Assembly (NCBI GenBank): GCA_040954595.2
Contig: CM082576.2
Span: 13,333,129-13,397,128, forward strand
DNA length: 64,000 nt
Source of the DNA: Balanoglossus misakiensis
Lineage: Eukaryota; Animalia; Hemichordata
Direction of reading: 5' to 3'
Positions 12,201 through 25,000 of this stretch are shown here, piece by piece (the first letter of the stretch is position 1; every line of letters begins with the position of its first letter). The position numbers were made by a program, and so were the translations under genes. The notes beneath the pieces are model-generated. The model searched no databases, was not told the DNA's origin, and saw only the letters and a program-made list of their open reading frames with translations.

Positions 12201-15200
12201 GCTGGTACTTACACTCATTGGCATCTGGAAAAAATCTGTATCATGGAGTAAGATTTTAAAAAAGAACATATAACCCAAATACATATACGATTTGGGAGTT
12301 TGTTGCAAGTACTGCTGGCAGAGTGCTCGATGGTGTAAATCCAGAGCTTGATAGTAGAGTGTGCAAGGGAACTAAGGCTGTTTTGACATAGGCGGTGTAT
12401 TACTGTTCAGTTTCGTGTAAGCGGGGCCTACACTCGTCAGATACTGATGCCTGAATGATGGTGAAGGGTGTGGACAACAGGGAATTGGGTCGGGTGGGGT
12501 GCTATTTTGTGTGTGTGTTGGTGCAGAACTAACTATTGGTGGTTACAATGACTGCTTTGATCCGAAGTGCCGCATGGGGGATTACAGTACAGATTTTACG
12601 CCTGATTCGCTGTTTTGTAGCTACGCTTGTTATTTGGATATGATATTGCATTATTTTGAGATGATATTCATGTGTGCACAAGGTCATTTCGAATCCCTCC
12701 AAATACTACATTTCCAACTCTGCTCTTTACTTCTTTGTATCATTGGATGAAACTCTGAAGAACAGTGATGTCAGAATGATCAATTTTGGCCAATTAATGT
12801 TCCAGCGAAAATATTGGGGTCGGGTCTTTCCACACTTACATTTTGGCAGTGGCATTAATGCATGTTACAGCAATGCTGCTAATTGTGATTGTGTCAACTA
12901 CCGTTTCAGGCGAGCTGCGTCTTTTGCTGTTGGAAGCCGTGGCTGGGATGAAGTCGCAAGGTGCCGCAGTTAAGAAAATCACTCCCATAGCAGCCGACCA
13001 TGTAGAGGTTGGCTATAGCAGTCAGAGTTACGTGTCCAGGATTGATAAAAGACTACAGGTACTGTTTGTGCTACATATGAAGCAATGACTTTGAAACTAA
13101 CCAATGAGTCTAAGAGGAAGCCTTATTTTTAATGATGAATTTATCATATTTTTACTCAGGGCAACTTTGGATTATTCTCTCTTAAAATTAAGAATAAAAA
13201 TGAGGTCAGCTTGCAGAATTTTGAACGATAGTATTGTTCAAATTTGAAATTCAAAATGGCTGCTAATCCATGCGTTGACTCTGTGGAGAAAATTCAAAGT
13301 AGTGATTTTTATGAAGAAAAAACAATTGTAAAAGACTCCTCACCCATTTTAATACATGTATAGAAAAAAAATTGAAAGGTTTAGAGGACTGTCATGAATT
13401 GTTTTTTTTTTTTCATTTTTTTGTTCAGAATCAACTTGTGGAGAACTTCTATCACAATCAACCCCAGTCGGTGCAGAAGACCATTGACTTTGTCAGCGAG
13501 AGAATTGCCAGCAATTGCAAAGAACAGATAGAAAACCGATTACTGATCGGCCTGGTCCAGAGCGGACTGACCGACATGACAGAGAAATCGAGGAAGACTT
13601 TGTCCGGTGGTCATCAGCCTGGCGCCGAGACGGTGCAGAAGGCTGTCGCTGCTAGGATACCGACCCAGTGCAGTAATGCAATATCCACTGTCAGAGCACA
13701 GTGTAAGAGGTACGGATGTATTCTTTGCGAATGAGGTTTGGGTGTGCCGTCTGACACATTGCATCCCATTTTCGTGTCTGTTTTCGGGCGGAGAAGTTGA
13801 TGGTAATTCGGGTACAGGAGGAGAAAAGTCGCGTTTTACACATACTACCTACAAATATTGGTATGATTTCTGTGATAGTGGACAAGACACACTTGTACTT
13901 TAAGTCTGCAGGGTACCTCAGAGTGCATGTTTGCCCACCACGCATCTCTGTGTGAGGATGTTCAGTATCTGGCTTGTGAGCCAATTTGCTGTGATTGGAT
14001 TGACGCTTGATGTCTTAGACAAAACTCCTTTTTGGCTTCATGATCCCGGTTTGCCTGGTGCGTGTTTAAAAATATGAAAGAAATCGCTTGATATTTCTGC
14101 TTGGTCATTTTTATTCTTTCTCCCACAGGTATTGTCAGAATAAATGTCAGAAAGCTATGAAGTTGATGTTATCTGAGGGTACCAAGCCCCAAGTTCTGAA
14201 TGCAGCGTCTACCATAGCAGCTGAGATCGCCTACGAAAAACTGCATCCATGGATTCAGAAAGACTTTGCTGGTGAGTAACTTCTATTTCCGGGATCATTT
14301 AAAACCCAATTTTGTGAATACGAACCAATAAAATTCAGGGTGATAAAGTACACCAAACATACAAATTATTACCTACCACTGTAATTGTGCTCGTCCTTAC
14401 ATTGCCTGATCTGATACTAGTATCAGAAATTGTAATTCTTTATTGCTGATGTCACTCAATCCACCTGTCCTATCTCATTATACATTTATTCTTTCAGTGA
14501 AAATGGCCAAGCGCCTGAGGGAGGAAGTGGACAAGTTTCTAGCGGAGAATGATTCAACAAAGATCGGAACCGGCCTCACAGAAAGTGGGAAAGCGGCAGA
14601 GGGGGAGTTGGCAGGAGATGGGAAAACAAAAGCAAAAGAAGATAATGTGGTCGTCGCTGAGGGCAGTATAACAAATAACGCTGACATCTCAGAAAAGAGC
14701 ACGGAAGTAAAGAGCAGCAATCAAAACTCATGCGCTGAATTGGTGGTCAAATTGAAGGTAAAGAAAATAACTCATCAAAGTTTCTTTTAAATTCATGTTT
14801 GGGTGTGAAAGCGATTTCAGCATTCTGTTCCACTCACAGAAGTGATGTGTTGAGGTTTTCCCCCCTTATCACTCAGAGCTGTTCATAATTGTATGTTTAC
14901 ATATGAAACCCCAAATCCTGGACCTAGTGACATCTGTGAATTTTTGGGTTTCTGTTACGTCTTTTCCTTCTCCGTTTTCTGTACAGAACTTATCAGAGAA
15001 GATACTGCAGTATAAAGAACCTAACGAAGCAATATTTGCTGAAATAGATTTGCTGCTACAGGAAGTCAATGATGTGTTCCAAAGAAATAGTGTAAGTAGC
15101 AGACAATTCACATACCATTTGAAATCCCAAGTCAGTGTTGTCGCTTGGCTCACACAGACAGTGGTTATCGAGCACTGAGTTAATTCCTAATTGCCTCAAT

Positions 15201-16610
15201 CAGTTATGAGCAGGACTTCGTTACAGCTTCAGGGGAATTGAAATGAAAATGCCATTCATTCCTAGGTTTAGGGCATATTATAAATAGGGTCGTAACCATT
15301 TTACCTGCCAAACATTTTTCTTTTCTTCCATCGTGACAATGAAAAAGCAGAGCCACATGTTCAACCATATGCTTCATGTACATGTATTTCAGGATGACCC
15401 GACACCTTCACACACTGACATCGTCAAACTGATAGAGGGAGTGACGGCAAGTCTTGTATGCAGATGTCCTGTGTATTTCACATCGCCAAAGGCTGACCAA
15501 AGTGCTCTATTACAAGCGTTGGTGCTCTGTCATAAGTGTGGACAGTCCTCGCTGTTGAAGACATTACTGAGTGCGGAACAGCTGACAAAGATATACCATG
15601 CTGAGAATGCAGAGGTTGGTAAAGTATTTGCAAAGCCCTTCCTTACGTGTAGAGGTTTGCGAATTATAAATTATGAGGTGGAGTTTGATTAAGTTGTATA
15701 GAGATATTGAGGGAATAAAAAAAACACAATTTCATGTGCAGATGGACTTTCTGTGATTTTAATTTTACGAAGGCCTGTAAGAATGCTGTTGCATACTGAT
15801 GCAGCCGACTGTCAGTTCAGCTGAGTAGAGTAATTCTCACATGATTGAACATATTTAAGGGAAAAGCATTCATAAACAAAGCCTATTCAATCTCTTCTTT
15901 TCCCAGGAATCTTGGCAGGGTCTGCTTTCTTTGCTGCAGGCACTTATCCTGAATGGTGTGGTGGTCTGGAATGATGTAGAGACGAAGTTGTTGCAGTGGA
16001 TGAAAGGCATGGAAGATATTGTGATAGGGGTGACAGTGGCAGTGGTGGACTGGATGCGGATCATGGTTGAACACGGTAATGGCAGTTATACACACCATGC
16101 TACAATCAGACCATCAAAGACTTCTTGGTAGAGTTTTGCAAGGAATTGTCAATGAAAGCTTCACAGTGTAATCTAAACCATGTCATCACCACAACTTAGT
16201 TCCACCCCTCCCCTTTTTTACTCATGGTTATTAACATGTGAGCTCATTGGAAAAAAACTGCAATTTCCACTTCAGGGAAAGTGGTCTATGTTTGAAACCA
16301 AGCTGGGGATTTGACAACCGGAACCCAACCAGAAAATGTCACTCGTGATAAACCCTGTTGTAACGAACTCTTCCATAATAGTAATTAGAAACTTTGGAGA
16401 TGATTGCTGTCTAGTCAACTGAGCACAACATTGTTTGATATAACTCAGGATATTTGTGTAGTAACTGGGGTTTTTATTTTCTGGATTCCAGATAAGGTGA
16501 CTGTAGAGGCGGAAGACATGATGGACCTACTGGCAATGTTGCTGCAGAAGACCAAAGACTTCACAGCTGAAATGATTCCTCCATGTTTTGAAAACGTCAC
16601 AGTACTCTAA
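235..16610 (+). CDS. CDAN1: Codanin-1, 22 coding exons, ~1437 aa
   Basis: Exons (all GT-AG, phases consistent, 4314 nt total): 235-318, 1103-2426, 2566-2743, 3407-3637, 3994-4083, 4239-4314, 4516-4616, 4983-5090, 5514-5565, 5878-5952, 6203-6346, 6967-7133, 7554-7638, 11552-11702, 12910-13058, 13429-13709, 14129-14271, 14498-14757, 14987-15091, 15393-15614, 15907-16075, 16492-16610. Codanin-1 motifs: MAAVVES, FIPYLLNYLREQ, LEDFPP, RRIKPTPV, FKKQRDTFYELIREWED, LLGKFLGLVVFLPY, FYHNQPQSVQKTIDFVSERIASNC. The last 4-5 exons are less certain. Confidence 0.93.
1685..1798 (+). repeat. 27-bp coding tandem repeat (~4 copies) encoding HHDDKHRTH in CDAN1 exon 2
   Basis: cac/cat-gac-gac-aaa-cac-agr-act-cay repeated four times in frame. 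Confidence 0.95.
3122..3237. mobile_element. 116-bp fold-back (palindromic) MITE-like insertion with a 9-bp direct repeat on each side
   Basis: Arms of ~55 bp (caatctgattaaaatcagatgtagggaacggc... / ...gccgttccctacatctgattttaatcagatag) with a 5-nt loop; agctaccca at 3113-3121 and 3238-3246. Confidence 0.75.
9257..11148 (-). CDS. Galactose-3-O-sulfotransferase family, type II Golgi membrane protein, 2 exons, ~432 aa, nested in CDAN1 intron 13
   Basis: Exons 11148-10979 (MSFT..., signal anchor AFLLLLIVGAFSSLVSLVGW; an alternative start Met at 11085 is possible) and 10385-9257, joined in phase 2. Family motifs: FVKTRKTGSTTLSSILNRFA (5'-PSB), VHVRY, YISILRE..SHYES (3'-PB), DLMLITEYFDESLLLLKKLLNW, WNSADHLLYQTFNATLW. 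Confidence 0.9.
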
Positions 16611-19038
16611 AAACAGACTAAAAAGATGCATCAAAGCAGATATGTATATATTCTGATCAGGGCTTCCAGAAATTGATGTTGCTTAGATAATCATAGTAAA
16701 AGAAATGTGTATCTGCTGGACACAGTCGCCATTAACAAGAACAGTGGACTGGATTCTTGGGTTGTTTTCTTCTTATTTTTATGTAAGTTAGCCTGTAAGG
16801 TGAACAATTCCTTGAATCACAGGAAAACTTCATTCTTGAGGAAGTCCACAGTTATCACCACAAATGTTAGTTGTTGGTGTTGTTTTTTTTGTGATAGGAA
16901 TATCAGTACTTTACAACTTTATGCATATTGCTGCCATTTTCACAGTATTATTTCAGACATATCCCGCTATGTCTCTTTGAAACTATGCATATCTGTGCAG
17001 CTTTTTAACAACTTTTTTTCTGTGTGCATGTACAAGTGGTTAGCCCGCAATCGGTGTCACTATCTTGAGACTTTTTGTCATTTATTCAGTCTGACTTGTG
17101 TAGCCATCAACACATCCATGTACAATTTACTGTTTTTAGCTCCCAACTGATAAGTATCATATATGTCAATTTTCCATGTATCAATTCTGACCAAATGGGA
17201 GCACAGTGTCATTGACGCTATTTTTATATCTCTCTTAACACTGAAATCTCATTTACTCGAAAGCAATCTTAATTGTAGTTTGTTACATATTTTTATATTG
17301 TGTGAAAATTATATCGAACTTTTACTTTTTAAAAGCATTTGGAATATTTTAATTCATGTTTCTTTATCAGGTGGAAGAGAATTGCATGTTGTGAACGTTC
17401 AGGTTAATACTATAGATAAAATAAATTTTCATGAAATGAATACAATTTGTCTGTAGCATTTTTAACTTTTAATTTTTAACTTAGCCATTTACTCCCAGTA
17501 CTTTATGTGAAAGCAAATCTAAACGTGCAATTTACATTTCTCTAATTTAATGTTGGTGGCGCTCTTGTGAAAGAGTGCAATACCAGGGTATTTTAGGTAA
17601 CTGTCACATGAGGAATTATCTACTTGGTAATTGTAAGAAATGTCAGAAGCAACATAATCAGTAGGAACAGACTCTGGTTTATCAACTCAGAAATGTTTAA
17701 CTATAGATGTACTAGTATGAATCATCAATACCATACAAAGACAATGGATAATTTGATTATGTTGAAAAGAAACTTAATTAGCAAGAAGCCAACAGTTTGC
17801 TCTCAAGAAAAAAAATGTGCAGGCAGGTTTATTTATATCTTTTTGAAACCTTGGTTAACTCGGTAATTGTAAGATTCAACACACTCTAAATAAAAGAGAC
17901 TATTCTTTAGGAAAGATAATAGAAGACAATTCCTTCATTGTAAACCTGTCATACATAATTTTGGTTAAAAAAAAAGATTAATGTTACCAAACACTACACT
18001 TAAATAATATCTGAGAAACCTTGTTTAATTGTAATCCAAATATTTCAGGAAGTTGCAGCCCATGGTCTCGAACGTGCTTTTCAAAAATACATGTAATCTT
18101 ATACCCGCCCCCACTCAACTCCATTTCAGGTACATGCGATCCATCATTTGTTCCGCTGGCGGTGATCTTTTGGTCGAGAAATCGATTCACTTTCGCCAGC
18201 TGCGCGTGTTTCGGGTCACGTGGTTTCTCCTGTCCAATCGAGTGAAAGTAAATATACCTATGTCCTTTGTGTCGATTTCGGTGTCCCTGTCATGCCGTGT
18301 ACGCGATCGTTTATGCTCAGGTATTTGGAAATTCGATTGTAAGCTTCATGAAGCGGATCATTTGTCCCGAAGAAGTCACGTACAAGTAACCAACCGTCGA
18401 CACGGAGCTTTACTGACATTTTTCACAGCTGTGGACAGAATCGATGATTTACTACGTCTGATTTTTTTGAAATGGTCCTCCGCCGCGCGTCGTCCTGTTA
18501 CTTGTAGCTCAGCGATGCGGAAAATCGAAGCCGATTGCGAAAATCGAGAGTGTGTGTACGTGTGATGGGTGTTGTGAAAAGTTGACATTGAGCTCTTCTT
18601 TTCACAGCCATTGTATTAAGACCTTCGTACCTGCCATCGCTGGAAACTGGACTGGTGTCGCTCTCGCCCGTGTGAAGTATGTATCGGGATTTATGTCGCT
18701 GAAGATGTAAAACTCAGGACGTATAAAAGGCTGCTGTCCTCACGCTGAATGTTGCAATTTAACACCACATGTGTTCGGTGTTTTTTCTGGACGCAGTTCA
18801 TCAGAGCATTTGTTTTTGGGCGATGAACATAGTACATGGGGGAATTCCCATGGTTACCTTGAAGCCAATTTAATTCCGATTTTTGAAAGACGCGGTCCTC
18901 GATCCCCAGTGGAATAGCTGTGCTGAGTTCATCCGTAATGTGTACCTAAGGTGTTAATTTGTTCCAGTTGTTGAATATATAAACAACGCCACCTGACTGA
19001 AGTACAAGGTAAATTGACAGATCGGTGTAGTGTACGTG

Positions 19039-22000
19039 ATGGCAGACACAGGGGACGTACCCGAGAAACAGCCGAGGAAACCACTACAGTCGTGGACCAA
19101 GGGATCGCAGAAGGAATGGGAGAGACGGGAAAATGGGATGATTTCGCCGCGGCAGTTGTACGGACGCGGTGAATGGGCTCTCCGTGAATGCGAGGTAATT
19201 TGCAAAGGACCATTTACCAATTAAGAAGCTCTTTCTGTTTGTGTGCACTCTTTGTTTGTCTCCTCGGGATATACATTAATGAGCGGCTTTTAGCTTTAAA
19301 ATCGTTAAACAAGGTTACTTGTGTGGACAAGGCGGTGTTTGGTATCTACCACTGTTTTTGCGTCGAAACTAACCACTCCAGAAAGGCGCCTTGCTGTGTC
19401 TATACCTGTGATCTGTGAACCCAAAGTGCATTATATAAATATAAATCTTGTTCCAGCAGACAAGCTTGTTTTAGCCTGTACTATAGGACTAATCTGGTTT
19501 AGTGAAAACTGAACATCAGCTGAGACAGGATTAGTAACTGCTCCTGACATAATACTCTCCCTTGATCAATACATTTATCCTTGACAATTAGCCGCAGACA
19601 ATTGAGATTTGGCGTTTGGTCGATTGCCAAACCAAACAGTAACAGTTTTTCAGACAGACAAGTTTTTGGTTTCGATCTGTGGACCAGTCATTGTAGATTT
19701 TTTTGGAAAGCCATTTTACGTTATCGTGTTTTTTTTTTTATAAATTAAGATTAGAAATGAGTATCATTATTACAGCAAATGACTTTTACAAAACTAACAG
19801 GTGGTTTATGCCTGTTCTGATACCCAGAAAGTTCCAATTGTTTGCTGTGTTATTATTAAACTGACCATGGCATTTTTTTGGAACACAAGAAAACAAGGTC
19901 GTTGTAAATATTATAAGTTGTTTTCTGGCAGAAAGGGGTAACCAAACCAGAGAGATGACAAATAATTTCTGACATACATGGGCAGGCTAAGAAGTAAATT
20001 GCTTTGCACATCACATTTAAGTTAATTACACAAAGTTCTCCCAGAGGAATGTTCTCATATTGCTAATTTGATTAGCTGAGGAAATCTTTTAATTATGCAA
20101 CTGAAAATTTACTTGCGAAGGAAAAATCTAAACTTGGTATTTGTTGTCTAGAAGTTGCACATGTTGAAAGCTTATAAGAAACATTAAATTACCTAAAGCA
20201 ATTATTACAAGTAAAATTTTTCATCAGGATCATTATTGTGTAAGTTATATAGTCAGATCATGAAACCATTTACAAAGAACGGTACCTGGATTTACTTTTT
20301 TGACCCATGCTGATTTCTAATATACATATTACATGACCCAAGTTTCTCTGAATTTTCAGTGAGGATAGCGACAATTTGCATACATCATTGTTTTCTTAAA
20401 TTAGTATCTATTGTTTTGATAGAAGTGAAAGGACTTGAGTCCCTATATTGGGATCCCTGTATTCACACTTGGCCTGTTCCATTGTTGACATTTTTGTGAG
20501 TGTGGATGGAGTGCCCTGGTAAACAATGAAGCTACCTGGCATTGTTTTAGTACTTGAGGGCTGAAGCAATATGGATAGTGTCAATGACCTTGGGGGGGGG
20601 GGGGGCACATAATATTCAATTTACATGATTAAACAGTGTCAATCTCTAAGCTTCCAGGGTGGGTATGAATTTTGAGGTGGGTATTGGCTTTTTCAAATGC
20701 CCAAGTTGTTGATTTTTAAGTTGGGACACTACCGGAACTCAACTTCAAAGGTAACAAAGGTTAGAAATTTTATAAAATATCCAACTAGAATGGTATCTAC
20801 AATTGGCCAGGTTAGTATATGATTACCAGTTGTCAATTATCTTCTGGAAAAATACCTGTAATCTAATTTAATATGTTAATTTTTTGTGAAATTCAATTCA
20901 GGAAGTACAGTACTGTATTGTACCAAAAGCCTTACTGCTTAGCTACTAAATGTCATCAAACAAGCCATTGATAGTACGAAGTCCACATTTCAGGATTTAC
21001 TCAATGATGCACTTTATGACATTGTTATCTTTAATAACATGATAAAACAGTCAAATAGTGTAGGCCAGTATTGTTATGGATTTGTATCCCTAACCTCCTT
21101 CAACCCATAATTAATTTGAGATGAGCACTTGCTCAGTACCATTTCTAGCTTTATGACAATCCCCCTTTCTAATTTCATCCATTTTGAGGTCATCTGTATT
21201 CTTTTTTATCGTTACACATGCCAAAGTCTTAGTGGGTGTTTTCAATTTTTCTACAACAAAATATGTTTTCTTACTTTGCATTATTGCATTATTTTCGCAT
21301 TTTTTTTTTTCACAATGTTGGACATTCTTAGGGTATTGTGTGTTGTACCAATTTATTCTATAACTTCTTGTTTCTTGATATTTTCTTTTCTTTCTTTAGG
21401 AGCACACCACTTGGGCAAATGGTCACTTGAAGAAACGGCGATACAGGTTGATATCGGACTTGAGGAAAAGCATAGGCGATGGTTTGACGTTAGTGCATTT
21501 GCTGGATGTGCTCAGTAAGTTTTTGACCCTTCTCGTTTTCACACGTTGTGTTGTGTAAGACGTTAAATGAACACCAAAATGCCTGCTGATTTTGGAATAG
21601 TGCCAGTATTTCTTGTTGTGTAAGTAGAGGCTTAGCTTTAATGTCCTTCTGTTATTGAGATCTAGACCCCATTGGTAAAGGTGTAGTATATCTGCAGTAA
21701 CTATGAGTTGTAGCTGAGACTCTACTTTTGGAACAACATAATTTAACGGCACACACATACACATACACACATCTAAATATATATCGGACGGTACACACAT
21801 ATAGCATGCTATGTATGCTGTAGTGATTGAGAGAGTTTGAATTTGCTATAATGACTACTAAGCAGATTGTAAGCGGAGTCAATTTAACAAAAAACTTACT
21901 TTGCAACAAGGAAGGAAAAAATCAACTTTAGTGTGAAATAAAAAAAATAATAACATGATAGACTGGGAGACATCAGACATAATTTAGAAGAGTTGATAAT

Positions 22001-25000
22001 ACTGTTGAAATCACTAAATCACTAAAATTAAACAGATCAATGAAACTAGAACTGCAGTAACTTTGTAGTGGTTTTAGCCATTTCATGAAGTAGAGGAATT
22101 TGTGTGAATTGAGTACATATGAAAAGGGGAATTTAAATATTATTCTGAGATAATATTGACCCAATAGTTGTTATTACTGATCAGAACAGGTAAAATATTA
22201 TTGAAAAAAAGTTAAGTATTCAAAAACAATATAGGAAATTTTTCAACTGAAAATACTATTCAAAATGCCCTTTTAACAACTAGAAATGTTCATTTACATT
22301 GGGTAGTTTGCAAGTAGGTATCATGTAGCAGCCCCCAACTGTTACCCGACTGTCTCTAGGTGATCAGAGCTTGACATAGATGCCTGTTAGGAATTATCTC
22401 TACAACACAAGGCTGTGAAGTCACCAGGTGCAATCAAGGATGGCACAATACAATACATTACATTGTTTGGATTTTCAGAATTCGTGTTTACCTTTTAGAT
22501 TGTTGTTTACTGTTGGACAGGGTGGGCACAGGGTGTAGTTATGGCAGCCCCATTACGGAGAGCGCATGGTTGAGTAGTTACATGCCCATTGTGACGACAC
22601 CTCAGACGCCCTCTTGAAGACGCCCTGTGTGTTACTTAATGTCCTTGGCACACTTGTATGGAAAATAATCTGTGATAATCCAGAATGTACAAGTTGGTCG
22701 ACACAGATTGAGTTGAGCAATATTTGGCAGATTTTAATGGGCTTGTGAATTATCATACCTCCCTAGGTTGGACTTAACACTGGCAAAGTATTGGCATCCT
22801 GTGTTCTGCTCGGTGAGAATTCAAAGCTATTCTCTTCAGACACTGCCAAAATATGTGATGAATGTCTGCATTTATGCCCTGTGTGAATGCGTATAACTAT
22901 TACTATTATTCCAGATTTGTTGTTGAGATTTTGAACTGACTCCTTGTGATTTTTCCATGTGAAGCAATCATTAATTCGATCTGGCATTTAAACTTCCTTT
23001 CATAAAGAGAATAAAAAATGTGACTTCAAGTCAAATAGAGACGTATCGCCATTTCGGTTGAGAAGGTTTAACCGCTATTTTGTTGACTCGCCGTACACCG
23101 AACCTTTGTTGGCTGTTCTGGCAGAAAGCGCCTCAAGTATTTGCTTATTTTAATTGTAGCTTTGTTGAGCGTACAGCCTAAAGGTATTTAGGGACAAACG
23201 ACATGGGTGCATTAACATGCGCGTTACCGTGTTTGTCATGTAAATTCCGACGGGGCAGGTGTGTACAGGTAAAAGTCGGAGAATGGATATAATGGCCGGC
23301 ATTCACAATTGGGCCGCTGCGACGTGGGATTTCTTACCTATAGTCTGACTTCTCTTGGCAATAAATTAGAGTCAGTCTTTATTGAGAAGTGAATCGTGCA
23401 CACTGCAGGGGCTACATGGATGAAGGGGGACTCTGCAGACACATAGAAATCCTTTGAATGAAATGGCTGTTCTATTTTAACAACAATTGTATTAAAGGGG
23501 GAAGTTCAGATACCTGCAGCACTTTTCAAGCAATGACGGTCCAATCAGCAAGTCCATTACAAAATTTAATAATTTTTTTTACAATTGAATGTATTCAAGA
23601 GATTCAGTTAATTACCCAAGCAAAAGTTGTCCCCTGAAAGATTAGTGTAAATTGGAAAATACTGAACAGCAAATTATCCAATCTGTCTCCCATATTTAAC
23701 ATTACTGGTATTCAGTGTGTATTCCTGTGTCAGTTCACAGTGGCTCACTGTAAAACGTTTTATGGGTGTATTTTTAGTGTTCAGGGTGTGCATATTTAGA
23801 ACTCTTAAAGTTTGACCTTTTACGTGATAAATTGGAAAGGTCGGGTCCAGATTCTCATCAAATTCTTGCAGATATTTACAAGTCAACAATCAATAATCTC
23901 ACCATATCCACCATACTTCAAATACTGATCAAAACCACATTCAACTGTTTGTCCATGCTATCTTTTAAATAAAGAGTACTGATACCTTAGAGCCAGCTTG
24001 TCCTCTGGTTTCTATGGAAACAGAGGCAGATTTCTTGAGGTATCTGTTGAGTGAAAGGTTTGCCTTTGAAAACCAAGTCTATTAATCTACTTACATTGAA
24101 GCTAATAAATTTTCCTTCTGTTGGAAACCTGATAGTAAACTTAATCTGTATCATATGGTGCAGATGAGTCGAGTGAGTGTTTGATATCATAGTTGTATAA
24201 AGTCCTACTCATATAACATACATAACCTTAGGTTTACTTAAAACTTTATTGGCTTGGGTATGATTTATGTCAATGGTACTTTGCTGTGTCTGTGAGTGGC
24301 TGGAGTTGGCAACCTTGTCAAATAGACAAAACACATAAATCTTTTGTTTGGCATAATTTATGGGAAATGTACTGTCCACAAATTATGTCATTCAATTATT
24401 GATGTATATAGGCTACAGTGCAGATTGAGCTGGTCAACAAAATACTGAGTGTGGAGCTTGGGTTAATATATAAGTTTGATGATTTAGTACAGAAGCCCAC
24501 AAATGCCAAACATATTGTCATATATGACCGATTCATTACAGAAGTATACATTTTTAAGGAGAATGACAAAATATTTTGCATTTCATGAATTTAAATCAGA
24601 TTTATGATTACTGTAGGCCCAGATTGAGTGTTGATGTTTTGTTCTTTGGTGACAAAGTAAAATTCTTGCTCAGCACTCTAGTGCCATGCAAAGTCACTTA
24701 GTCTAAATACCATAGATTTAATAGCAATGTTATTTAATAAAAGCCAATGTTGGCAAAACATGGAAGTGAGACTGACCCATTTACAGAGCAGGGAAAGATT
24801 GTTGAATTTGACTGGTTTCAGTCAAGACTTGTACATACCACATGTTGTCTCTGAATTCTGGAATAAAAATTTAATTTGTAAAAAAATATCCTGAACAGTG
24901 AAACCTGTCAAGTCCAACCTTGTCTCAAAGCGGAAACCAGCCTGTCGATATTTAACACATTTCCAAATGTCGTTCCCTTGGGTTCACGTATGAAATTCTC

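Noticed and set aside
16707-17900. 147-aa and 97-aa ORFs downstream of the CDAN1 stop
   Set aside because: T-rich 3'UTR-like composition with AATAAA at 17889-17894; non-protein-like translations.
18053-18565. 170-aa ORF in the CpG-rich region
   Set aside because: No motifs or splice support; it lies in the probable promoter/5'UTR of the CH-SAM gene.
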